NCBI RefSeq assembly: GCF_009914755.1
Contig: NC_060925.1
DNA from: the human T2T-CHM13v2.0 reference genome, Homo sapiens
Length of the DNA: 64,000 nt
Reading direction: 5' to 3' (one strand)
Part shown: positions 29,548-41,600 of the stretch, piece after piece
How positions within the stretch are numbered: position 1 is the first letter of the stretch
How the letters are laid out: each line of letters begins with the position of its first letter
The notes under the pieces: model-generated
Database searches by the model: none
What the model was told of the DNA's origin: nothing
The model's input: only the letters and a program-made list of their open reading frames with translations
Program-made: the position numbers and the translations under genes

Positions 29548-29614
29548 TTACATTTTTACTCCTTCTCCTCAGGGATAAAGAGGTGACTTAGGGTCCTCTC
29601 TCAGTTCTAGTATA

Positions 29615-30110
29615 GGCAGCATGATGGGGACAAAAGCATTCCTGGAATGGGAGGTAAAGGAGTTGAGTTCCGATCATCAAGAATTGTTTCCCTCCCTGGA
29701 ATTTGGCAATATATTATATATAATAGTAATACTTTGATAATAACAATCCCAATCTCTTTTAATTTTATAATGCTTCATGACTTCAAAACTTTTATCTAAA
29801 CTATTTTTTGTGAGGCTTATAACCATGTGAGATGGTTAGGCATATATTTTTACATATATTTGTTCTAAACTGAAAGGTAGTTATTTGTCACTATAAGTTA
29901 TTTGTCACTATAAGTAATAAGTGACTTGCCCAAAGTCACACTAGCAGATAGGAAGGGCTCAAACACAAATGAGATTTCCAGTGCTCTTTTCAAAATCCTG
30001 ATGTATTGCTAGAGGGTAATGATACCTGCCCTACATTACCCTTGTGGGCCTCAAAAGAAATAATGCTTTTGAAAGTACTTTGAAGAATATAAACTCACTG
30101 TATAGTTTTA
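29615..30110. mobile_element. MIR(-) nested in MIR(+), with a 17-bp tandem duplication GTTATTTGTCACTATAA at 29880-29913
   Basis: aagtgacttgcccaaagtcacac; taatgatacctgccctac; the duplication is read directly. Confidence 0.6.
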
Positions 30111-30689
30111 AGTTTCTACAGTCCCCAATGGGTATGTGAATGTTCCATTTCCTATGTAGCTGGGTTCAAAACCAGTGACATAAATTCCTGGTTCCACCAG
30201 GTGTTCTGTTCTCTTTTCTGAAAGCAAATGCTAAGGACAAGGCCTCATCCAAAGATGAATTCAGAGAAAGAGAGAGAAATACAATAAAAATGACAAATAG
30301 ATATTGGACAAAGACATAAAGTAAACATGGCAAGAAAGCAAATTGCTGCTGCCCTTCTCTGAACAGACAGAAAATGCTGAGCAATGACCAAAGAGGAGAT
30401 GCTGGAAGGATGGAGACCAATGCCAGAGATGGGGATGGGATCTCAGAGCATGCTCCAAACTCACATAGCTTATATTAACTATGACAGTTTGAGAGATGAT
30501 GAGCTGGAACTGTTGACAGCTGAAGACAGGAAATGGAAAGAGAAGGCCATCTCTCCCAGGATTACGTTCAACAGCATAGAAAGTTCTGGCCCAGGGATGA
30601 GCATCAGAGGAGCACAGAGGGAGTCTATGAGCATAACTGTTTGAACATATGTGTGCATACATATGTATCAGCTGCACCCCTTACCATTC

Positions 30690-30960
30690 ATTTATCCATC
30701 CAGCTGTTTGTATCTCTCCATTCACGTATCATTATCTGCTGTGAGCTGGGCACTGGGCTAGGTAGCGGGGTTGCAAAGATGAAAGACAAGAGTCCCTGTT
30801 CTCCAGAAACTCATGGTCTAGTAAAGAAGAAAAAGAAGTAAACAAATGTTCACATCATATACTTGTGCTACAAACCAAGTAAGGGCAGCTACTATGGGTG
30901 CTCAGATGAAGGCCACCAAAGTCAGAATGGAGTGAAGGTAGGGAAGGGGAGAGAGAAAGG
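30690..30960 (-). mobile_element. L2 3' end
   Basis: gggcactgggctagg...tccctgttctccagaaactcatggtctag. Confidence 0.7.
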
Positions 30961-32999
30961 GGCTAAAGACAGGAAGAGCTCCTGTGAGGAGCATGAATTC
31001 CATACTAGCTATACCACAGCATTTAGGGGCTTGCTTTTAGAATTTCTGTGAGACATTACACAAAAGTTCAAATCAGGAGCTTTATCCAACTCAGCCTGTG
31101 CTTTTCAGTACAAACTTCTCCTTCCACTTTGCCCCTGCCACACAGAACTCTGCTTTACCAATTAAAGGATTATTACAGTTTTCTCCAAGTGCTCTTCTTT
31201 GCCACGACCCACTAGTTCCAACATCTTCTGAGACTCAGGATTTCAGGGTGTCTGATCTGCCCACTCTGAGCCAGCCTACCCATCACATCATTACCATCAT
31301 CTGATCATCCCACTCATGACACATGTTTAGGTGCTGAGGGAGAGAAGAGAATGTTTTCTGTTTGGCTATGGACCACTGTTTTTTACTTCTGGTCAAAGCC
31401 GCTCTAAATTTGCAGCTACATTTTCTACCAAAAGAGCAAAGGGCAGCTGGTTTTAGCTCTAGTATCTCTCTGCTTGCACTGCCTCTGCTCTCTAGCATGT
31501 GTTCTTTGCATCTCTTATCAAGAATGTCTCTTTTCCTTCCTTTGTCTCTTACCTCTGATCTAGGGTATCTTTTATGGACTCTTCCTCTGCATTTTGGATT
31601 TTCTATCATAGATTCTGTTAACTTTCCTGTTATGCTATTGGAGATTCATCCTGAATTCTTTTACACTTCGTCTGAAACTTGACTTTCTTCTCCTATATCC
31701 TCAGTTTGATCAGTGAAAATTGTTAAATATTCTCAATTCTGCCCTTATCTGGCTCAGTTGAAGGAACTCTCTTCTCTGGGCTAGTTTAGCATTCTTTATA
31801 ATACTCTCCTACAGTCTACGCACATTCATCATATATTGATCTTCAGCACACATTTAAACAATTAATACTCAATATTTATAGTGTAAGAAAATTTTACCTT
31901 CTTGTTGAAGTGAGTTGATTGTCAGTTTGCCTAAAAGCAATTTGGCTAAAGCAAATTATCTTGATAATCAATATTGTAGTTTGCCTAAAATTCAACTCTT
32001 ATAAAAACTCTCTTTACATCATTTTAAAAGATCTTATTTTATAAAAACATTTCTGCCACATTTAGTAGCTTTTTAGGTAATTTTAAGCAATTGTCCAAAA
32101 AGTATTACTAACTTAATTTTGTATTTTTAATAAGTGTGGATTAAATTTCCATCATTTTATGAATGGTAGGATTGTTTGGAATCCTTGTGAATAGTTTTTA
32201 TATTTATTTTATTTTTGGATACCAGGATTTTACCTAGATTTCCTAAAGACTTTATTTTTCAAAATTTTTTCTTCAATAAATATATACAAAGTCTGCATAA
32301 AACTGATTTTTCGTAACTTTTTGTTACTGATAAAAAGCTTGCAAAATGACCTATCTTTCCCCATTTCTCTATCATTTGGGGAGAAGAACATAATTTTCTC
32401 CAGATGTTCATCCTCATCCTAGTTCTTGTTACCCGGTGTTCTCTTCGTCATGTGTTATTTTGGGGCCTAGAGTAATTTCATAAAGAGGAACAGGCTGCAG
32501 GTCATGTCTATTGGCCAATTTGTGCGATTTTGGTCAGATGGACCTGGACTAAAAGTATAAATCACTTAGGGCCTGGAAAAGCCATGAGATCTGTTGAATC
32601 TGTGTTGAGATTTTTAAAAATTAAATTAAACATCCAAATTCCTTTCTCAGAGAGATTTTTTACATGGATTTTTAAAGTAAGTGTACAAATTCTCATGGCT
32701 AAATTGTTTCACAAGAACATTTTAATGGGGTCATTTGTGTCCTACTTGTCACAAATCAGAGGAAACTTGACATTTGTTTTACTTAAAGCTCTCTTACATT
32801 GTGTTGATCTTTCAAGTGATTCTCAATTTCCCATAAAGCATTTTCCAGATTTACCAGGTACCCTGTGACGATACACAGATGAGTCAACTTTCTACAGTTC
32901 CTGTTTTACAGCAACACATAAGAATTAAATAATATGCAAAAAACAAATGACAGTGGAAGTGGGAAATGAGAGTGAGAAATAATAATGGATACATACATT

Positions 33000-33478
33000 A
33001 CATAAATGCATAAAAGAATATAGCAGCCTTTAATGGATTAATAGAAATAGTATGCCATAAACCAAGATGTACTATTAGCTCATTTCTGTGCACTGGGCTT
33101 TATTTATTTTTTCTAATAAGGGTAATAATTACATGAAGAGAAACAAAATTAATAACTATTTTAAAAAATGAAAGGGTCTAAAGAACACTATAAAGGACAG
33201 AAGAAAAGCATAAAAGAACAAATATTTTAAAAAGTTGGTAATTTGAAAGCCCAAGATACAATGATAGAAGTATGTCAATAAGTAAGAATAACACATATAA
33301 ATGATTTAAATGCTCCGTTAAAGAGAGATTTTTCAGAAAGAGGAAAAAAATCCAGTTATTTGCTGTTTGCAAGAGACAATACCTAAAACACACGAGACAA
33401 AATAATTGAAAGTAAAAGAGAAATAAGGATATTAGACAGAATGCTTACCAAAGAAAGGTGGTAGTAATAAATTTCTAA
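33000..33478 (+). mobile_element. Ancient L1M ORF1/ORF2 junction (endonuclease N-terminus); left half of the host element
   Basis: aaatgatttaaatgctccgttaaa (like NGLNAPVK) and atttgctgtttgcaagagac (ICCLQET). Confidence 0.7.
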
Positions 33479-33483
33479 TGAAC

Positions 33484-33706
33484 ATTATTTTAAATTGACA
33501 AACCATAATTTTGTACATTTACAGGGTACAAGGTGATGTTTTGATACATGTATACAATGTGGAATGATTAAATCAAGCTAATTAACAGCCATCACCTCAC
33601 TTGCTTATCATTTTTTGTAGTGGGACATCTAAAATTGACTAAGTTATTTTAAATCTATGATACATTATTGTTGACTAAAGTCACCCTATTGTGCAATATA
33701 TCTCAA
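33484..33706 (-). mobile_element. Short L1MA 3' end
   Basis: gtgatgttttgatacatgtatacaatgtggaatgattaaatcaagctaattaac. Confidence 0.8.
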
Positions 33707-34383
33707 CAGTTAATAATATTTAAAAAGCTTTATTGAGATGTAGTTGATATACAATAAACTGCACACATTTCAAGTGTGTAATGTGATGAGCTTTGACATA
33801 CATATACACCAATAAAATCATGACCATCATCAAAATAGTGAACATACCCATTACCTTCAAAAGTTTCCTTGAATGTCACTGTAATGTCTCCCTTCAACCC
33901 CTCACTGTCCGGCAAACATCAATCTATTTTTGTCACTATAGATTTGTCTGTATTTTTCTAGAATTTTCTAGAAAATGTAAGAATGTTGTATATAGCCTCT
34001 TTTTTTCTGGCTTCTTTCACTCAGCATAATTACTTTTGAGATTGATCCACTATTATTAGAATTATTCATTCATTGTTGCATAATATTCCACTGTAGAATA
34101 TAGCACAGTTTGTCTAGCCATTCACCTGTGAATGAGCATGTGGGTTGTTTCCAGTTTGGGGCTATTACAAATAAAGCTGCTAAGAATATTTATGTATAAA
34201 CTTTGTAAGGATATATACTTTCAATTTTAGGGGCCAAATGCCTAGAAATGGAATGTATAAAACCTAGGTAGGTAAATGTTTAACTTTTTAATAAAATGCA
34301 AGACTGTATTTCAAAATACTTATACCATTTTACATTTCAGGTAGCAGTGTATGAAAAGTTCCTTCATTTTCTTGTCATCACTT

Positions 34384-35813
34384 TGTGTCCGGAATTGGTG
34401 AGTTCTCGGTCTCACTGACTTCAAGAATGAAGCCACGGACCCTCACGGTGAGTGTTACAACTCTTAAGGTGGCGCGTCTGGAGTTTGTTTCTTCTGATGT
34501 TCGGATGTGTTCGGAGTTTCTTCCTTCTGGTGGGTTCATAGTCTCGCTGGCTCAGGAGTGAAGCTGCAGACCTTCGCAGTGAGTGTTGCAGCTCTTAAGG
34601 TGTCGCCTCTGGAGTTGTTCGTTCCTCCCGGTGGGCTCGTGGTCTCGCTGGCTTCAAGAGTGAAGCTGCAGACCTTCGCAGTGAGTGTTACAGCTCATAA
34701 AAGCAGTGTGGACCCAAAGAGTGAGCAGTAGCAAGATTTATTGCAAAGAGCGAAAGAACAAAGCTTCCACAGCGTGGAAGGGGATCCGAGCGGGTTGCCA
34801 CTGCTGGCTCGGGCAGCCTGCTTTTATTCTCTTATCTGGCCCCACCCACATCCTGCTGATTGGTAGAGCCCAGTGGTCTGTTTTGACAGGGCGCTGATTG
34901 GTGCCTTTACAATCCCTGAGCTAGACACAAAGTTTCTCCACATCCCCATCAGATTACTTAGATACAGAGTATCCACACAAAGGTTCTCCAAGGCCCCACT
35001 AGAGCAGCTAGATACAGAGTGTCCATTGGTGCACTCACAAACCCTGAGCTAGACACAGGGTGCTGATTGGTGTGTTTACAAACCTTGTGCTAGATACAGA
35101 GTGCCCATTGGTGTATTTACAATCCCTGAGCTAGACATAAAGGTTCTCCAAGGCCCCACAAGACTCAGGAGCCCAGCTGGCTTCACCCAGTGGATCCCAC
35201 ACTGGGGCTGCAGGTGGAGCTGCCTGCCAGTCCCGTGCCACGCGCTCGCACTCCTCAGCCCTTGGGTGGTCGATGGGACTGGGCGCCGTGGAGCAGGGGG
35301 CGGCGCTCGTCGGGGAGGCTCGGGCTGCACAGGAACCCACGGAGGTGGGGGAAGGCTCAGGCACCGCGGGTTGCAGTCCCAAGGCCTGCCCCGCGGGAAG
35401 GCAGCTAAGGCCCTGTGAGAAATCGAGTGCAGCGCCGGTGGGCTGGCACTGCTGGGGGAACCCAGTACACCGTCCGCAGCCGCTGGCCCAGGTGCTAAGT
35501 CCCTCATTGCCCGGGGCCAGCAGGGCCGGCTGACTGCTCCGAGTGCGGCGCCCGCCAAGCCCACGCCCACCCGGAACTCCAGCTGGCCCGCAAGCGCCGC
35601 ACACAGCCCCGGTTCCCGCTCGCGCCTCTCCCTCCACACCTCCCTGCAAGCTGAGGGAGTGGGCTCCAGCCTTGGCCAGCCCAGAAAGGGGCTCCCACAG
35701 TGCAGCGGTGGGCTGAAGGGCTCCCCAAGTGCCGCCAAAGTGGGAGCCCAGGCATAGGAGGCGCCGAGAGCGAGAGAGGGCTGTGAGGACTGCCAGCACG
35801 CTGTCACCTCTCA
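34384..35813 (-). mobile_element. LTR12C (HERV9) solo LTR, full length
   Basis: On the - strand starts TGAGAGGTGACAGCGTG and ends AATTCCGGACACA; 4-bp TSD ACTT (34380-34383, 35814-35817); CpG-rich. Confidence 0.97.
34790..35115 (-). promoter_or_regulatory. LTR12C U3 promoter/enhancer: five CCAAT boxes, GATA site and AATAAA TATA-like box
   Basis: ATTGG at 34859, 34897, 35025, 35066, 35107; TTATCT 34832-34837; TTTATT 34823-34828. Confidence 0.7.
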
Positions 35814-36040
35814 ACTTGGTATGGTCAGTTAATTTTAGTCATTCTAATATGTGTATAGTGGTATCTTATTGTGTCCTTAGGAACAAATGATCTTGAACAT
35901 CTTTTCGTGTGTGTGTGTATGTGTGTATGTGTGTGTGTGTGTTTGCCATCTATATATATATTTTTTGGTAAAGTGTCTGTTCAAATCTTTTGCTCTTTAT
36001 TTAGTTATTTGTTTTATTGTTGAGTTTTGAGAGTTCTTAT

Positions 36041-36688
36041 TGTAAAACAGTTTTGATAATTACCAATACCAAAAGAAGATTCCCATTTCGTGGAGGATAG
36101 CAAAGATCATCATTATGCCAACTACCAGAAACGGATGTCCCTATACTTATGTCCATGGCATCATGGGCTACTGCTAATGTCCACCATGCATGGGTGACTT
36201 ATTTGTCTGAGTTTGGTGAGACAGAATACACTCACATGCAACGAGTTATGTAAAGGGGTTTATTACTTAAAGATAAACAGCAAGGGACAGAAGAAGTCTC
36301 AGATCCATTGTGAACTGGTCCCCAAAGGATCAAGAAAGCTGGCCAAAGTGGATAAGGTCTTGACTGTGGGTGGGACCCCCAAAGGGCAGCACACCCCTGA
36401 TTATATACTTCAGGAACCATGTGCCTTATCAAGTGAAGCTTTGAAGGACATCCTGCTTCTAGAGGAAGAAGGAACAAAGACCAGGCTGTCCCAGAGAGTT
36501 CCTCCCTAAGTTAAGATATTACATATCCAAAGATGATGAATAGGAACAAAACCTAGGCTGCTTCAGGCAGTTCTCCCCTCTCTAAGGATACTACATTCCC
36601 AAAACATTCAACAGTTATTCTTGAGAACTACAAGAAAGAAAGAAGAGAAAACTAGGTCAGTCCAAGGCCACCCAAACAACTGTCTTGA
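36041..36688 (-). mobile_element. MER74-family (ERVL) solo LTR
   Basis: ttattcttgagaactacaag...ggtcagtccaaggccacccaaacaactgtc, the reverse of the MER74 start. Confidence 0.7.
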
Positions 36689-36910
36689 GTTTTTGTATTC
36701 TACGTACAAGTCCTTCATGTTTTGCGAATATATTTTCCTAGTCTGTGGCTTGTCTTTTCATTGTCTTAGTGGCATTTTTAGGGCAGATTTTTAAACCTTT
36801 AATAAAGATAAATTTATCTGGTTTTTTTTTCTTTTAAGGATCATACTTTTGGTGTCATATATAATAAATCTTTGCATAATTCAAAATTTTTCTCTATGTT
36901 TTCTTCTAGA

Positions 36911-37054
36911 AGTCAATTATCTTTTAAAGAGGTTTCTTAAAGGAAGACAATCTTACATATTTATTCATTTACTAATAGTCAATTTTAATATAGTCAATTA
37001 TCTTTTAAAGAAGTTTCTTAAAGAAAGAAAATCTTACATATTTATCCATTTACT
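36911..37054. repeat. 63-bp direct duplication (59/63 identical) with an 18-bp spacer
   Basis: 36911-36973 versus 36992-37054. Confidence 0.92.
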
Positions 37055-37842
37055 TATCCATTCCATTGTGTAGATTGATGTTTTGGTCAGATATCATTTT
37101 ATTTTTGTCTGAGTAATATCCTGTAGCATTTCTTATGAGTTTGCTGGTAATGAATTCTGTCCATGTTGTTGTCTGTGAAAATCTCTATTTCACCTTTATT
37201 TTTGAAAGATTTTTTTTTCTGGACTTAGAATCGTGGACTGGTGGTTTGTTTGTTTTTTAATTTTTGTATGTTAAAGATGTTGCTCCACTCTCTTGCTTGC
37301 CTTGTTAATGATAAGACATTTGTTGTCATCTTTCTTTCCTTCCCTATATATAATTTTTTCCCCTGTGGATACTTTTAAGATTTTTTTTTTAACATTGGTT
37401 TTAAAAAACTTTAATTATAATGTGCTTTGGTGTAATTTTCTTCATGTATTTTGTGCTTGGGGTTTGCTGAGCTTCTTAGATCTGTGGGTTCATAGTGTTT
37501 TTTTCAGATTTGGAACTTTTTTGCCATTATTTCTTCAAAGGATATTTGAAAAATATGTTCTCTCATCTCTCTTCTTCCTTAGAAACTCCAATTACATATA
37601 TTAGGCATATAATGGTTGAATTAGTTATTTGATGCTTTGTTCATTGTTTCCTTTTCTTTTCTCTTTGTATTTTATTTTGGATAGTTTCTGTTGCTATGTT
37701 TTAAAATTCACTATTATTTTCTGCAATTCTAGTCTATCATTAATTACATGCAGTGTATTCTTTATTTCACACATTGTAGTTTTCATTTATAGAAGTTCAA
37801 TGTGTATCTTTTTCATCTTCCATGACTCTACTTAACTTTTTG

Positions 37843-37980
37843 TTAGGTATAGTTTATTTATTTATTTTTTGTATAACTTTATGAGGTAGTTGCACAATTT
37901 TGTTATATGCAAAGATACATAGTGGCGAAGTCAGACCTTCCAGGGTACCATCACCTGAATAATGTACATTCTATCCATTA
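37843..37980 (-). mobile_element. Short L1MA 3' end nested in L1MC
   Basis: catagtggcgaagtcag...catcacctgaataatgtacatt; TSD ACTTAACTTT[T/G]TG at 37830 and 37981. Confidence 0.75.
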
Positions 37981-38542
37981 ACTTAACTTTGTGAAAATAT
38001 AAAATGGTTATAATAATTGTTTTAGTGACTTTTCTGCTAATTCTAACACTTGTGTGCTATTCTCAGTTTGTTTTTATTGACCAATTGGTATCCTCATTTT
38101 GAATTGCATTTTCCTACTTCTTGTCATGCCTTGAATTTTGTTATTTTAAAAAATAATTTCAACTTTTTTTTTGAGTTTCAAGGGGTACCTGTGCAGGTTA
38201 CTTACAGCATGCACCATGAGTATATTGTACGATGCTGAGGTTTGGAGTTCAAATGATCCCATCATCCAGGTAGTGAGAAGAGTACCCAATAAGTAGTTTC
38301 TGAGCCCTTGTCCACTGCCTCCCTTCTGCCTCTATCAGTTCCCCATGCCTGTTGTTCCCAATTTTATGTATACGTTTGCCCAATGCTTAGCTCCCACTTA
38401 TAAGTGAGAACATGTGGTATTCGGTTTTCTGTTCCTGTATTAATTCGCTTAGGATAATGGCCTCCAGCTGCATCCATGTTACTGCAAAGGAAATTATTTC
38501 ATTCTTTTTTTATGGCTGTGTAGAATTCTATGGCATATATGA

Positions 38543-38616
38543 ACTTCTTTTCTTTATCTAATCCCATGGTGGATTCTTTATCTAATCTACCATGGGATTA
38601 GAAAAAGAAAAGAAGT
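38543..38616. repeat. Inverted repeat: 33-bp arms (31/33 match) with an 8-nt loop
   Basis: ACTTCTTTTCTTTATCTAATCCCATGGTGGATT / AATCTACCATGGGATTAGAAAAAGAAAAGAAGT. Confidence 0.95.
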
Positions 38617-41600
38617 GGGCACCTAGCTTGATTCCATGTCTTTGCTATTGTGAATAGCGCCACAATGAACATATGAGTGCATGTGCCTTTTTGGTAGAAC
38701 AATTTATTTTCCTATATTTATATACCAAGTAATGTTATTGCTGGGTTGAATGGTAGCTCTTAAAAGTTCTTTGAGAAATCTCCAAACTGCTTTCCACAGT
38801 GGCAGAATGAATCTACATTCCCAGCAACAGTGTATAATCATTTCCTTTTCTCCACAGCCTCACCAGTATCTGTTGTATTTTAAAATTTTAAACATGTTGA
38901 GTTAATTTTTGCATATGGTTCAAAGTTGGCACCTATCTTCATTCTTCTGGATATGATTGAACAGGTATCTCAGTACTATTTATTGAATAGGGAATCCTTT
39001 CCTCATTGCTCATTTCTGTTTACTTTGTCAAAAATCAGATGACTATAGAAGTGTGGCTTTATTTCTAGGGTCTCTACTCTGTTCCATGGATCTATGCGTC
39101 TATGTTTTTGTACTAGTACCATGCTGTTTTGGTTACCGTAGCGTTATAGTATTAGTTGAAGTCAGGTAATGAGATGCCTCTAGCTTTGTTCTTTTTGCTT
39201 GGAATTGTTTTGGCTATTCCGGCTTTTTTTTTTTACTCCATATAAATTTTATAATATTTTTCCATAATTCTGTAAAAAATGACATTGGTACTTTGGTAGA
39301 AATAACAATGAATCTGTAGATTGCTTTGGGCAGTATGGCCATTTTAATGATATTGATTCTTCCAAACTATGAGCATGGAATATTTTTTTTTCATTTGTTT
39401 GTATCATCTATGATTTTTTTTAGTCATGTTTTATAGTTCTCCTTATAGAGATCTTTTACCTTCTTGGTTAGATGTATTCCTAGATACTTCATTTTTCTGC
39501 AGCTATTGTAAATGGGATTGTGTTATTGGTTTGGCCCTCAGTTTGAATGTTACTGGTGTATAGAAATGCTACTGATTTCTGTACATTGATTTTATATCCT
39601 GAAACTTTACTGAAGTCATTTATCAGTTCTAGGAGCTTTTTGGTAGAGTCTTTAGGGATTTTTGGTATAGAATCATATCATCAGTGAAGAGAGATAATTT
39701 GCCTCCTTTTTCCCATTTGGATGCCTTTTATTTCTTTCTCTTGCCTGATAGCTCTAGCAAGGACTTCCAGTACTCTGTTGAATAGGAGTGGTGAGAGTAG
39801 GCATCCTTGTCTTATTCTTGTTCTTAAGGAAAATGTTTTCAGCTTTTGCCAGCTCAGTATGATGTTGGCTGTGGGTTTGTCATAAATGAGCCTTATTATT
39901 TTGAGGTATGTTCCTTCAGTGCTTAGTTTTTTGAAGATTTCTATCATAAAGGGATGTTGGATTTTATCAAAAGCTTTCTCCATGTCTATTGAAATGATCA
40001 TACATTTTTGTTTTACATGCTGCTTATGTGGTGAATCACACTTATCGATTTGCCTGTGTTGAACCAACCTTGTGTCCTAGAAATGAAGCCGACTTGACTG
40101 TGGTGAATTAACTTTTTGATGTACTGCTGGATTCATTTTGCTAATATTTTGCTGAGGATTTTTGTGTCTATATTTATCAGGGATATTGGCCCGTAGTGGT
40201 ACAATTCAGCTGTGAATCCATCTGTGGCTTGTTTGATTGATAGGTTTTTATTATTATTATCATTATTATTATTACTGATTCAATTTTAGAACTCAATATT
40301 GGTGTGTTCAGGATTTTGATTTCTTCCTGAGTCAATCTTGGGATGTTGTGTGTTTCCAGGAGTTTATCCATTTCCTCTAGATTTTCTAGTATGTATGCCT
40401 AGAGGTGTTCATCATAGTCTCTGAGGATCATTTATATTTCTGTGGGGTTGGTTGTAATGCCACCTTTGCCATTTCTGATTCTGCTTATTTGCATATTCTC
40501 TTTTTTGTGTTGTTTTTTAATGTAGCTAGCAGTCTACTGAATTTGTTTGTCTTTTCGAATAACCAACTTCTGGTTTCAGTGATTCTTCATATGGTATTTT
40601 GGGTCTGAATTTTTTTCAGTTCTGCTCCAATTTAAATTATTTCTTTTCTTCTGCTAACTTTGAAGTTAGTTTGGTATTGTTTTTCTAGCTTCTCTAGCTT
40701 CTTTTCTTGTCGTTTCTAGGTGTGACATTAGACCATTAATTTGAAATCTTTCTAACTTTCTGATATAGGCATTCAATGTTATGAACTTTCCTCTTAACAC
40801 TGCTTCTGCTGCATCTCAGAGATTTTGGTATGTTGTATATCTGTTTTTAATATTTCAAGTAATTTTTTTGTTTCTGCCTTAATTTATTTAATTTCCGTCT
40901 AATTGTGTTGTTTTGAGAGATCTTCTTGATATTTATTTCTATTTGTATTCCACTGTGGTTTGAGAGTATAGTTGGTATGATTTCAATTTTTTTGAACTTA
41001 TTGAAACTTGCTTTATGGCCATACATGTGGTCTATCTTAGACTATGTTCTGTGTGCAGATAAGAATGTATATTCTTTGGTTGATGGGTGGAGTATCCTGC
41101 AGATATCTATTAGGTCCTATTGCTCATGTGTTGAATTTAAGTCCAAAATGTCTTTGTTAATTTTCTATGTTAATAATTTGTCTAATGCTGTCAGTAGGGC
41201 ATTAAAATCCCCCACTATTATTGTGTAACTGTTCAAGTCTTTTGTAGGCCTAGAAGTACTTGTTTTATTATTAATCTGGGTATTCTAATGTTGGGTGTGT
41301 TTATATTTAGAATAATTAAGCCTTCTTGTTGAACTGAACTTGTTATCATTGTGTAATGTTCCCCTTTGTCCTTTTTTACTGTTGTTAGTTTAAAGTCTGT
41401 TTTATCTAATATGAGAATAATTACCCCACTCTTTTTAATTTTCTGTTTGTTGATAGATCTTTCTCCAACAAATCAAAGGCTTTACTTTGAGCTTGTGGGT
41501 GTCATTGTGAGTGAGATGGGTCTCTTCAAGAAAGATAGATGGGTCTTGTCTTTTTTTTTTTTTTCCTAGCCAAGTTGCCATTTTATGCCTTTGAAGTGGG

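Noticed and set aside
35076-35814. 243-aa and 227-aa ORFs and a CpG-island-like region
   Set aside because: Entirely within the GC-rich part of LTR12C; stop-poor because of composition; not a host gene or its promoter island
39681-40371. Reverse-transcriptase-like ORFs
   Set aside because: Fragments of a dead L1 ORF2 with stops, frameshifts and deletions
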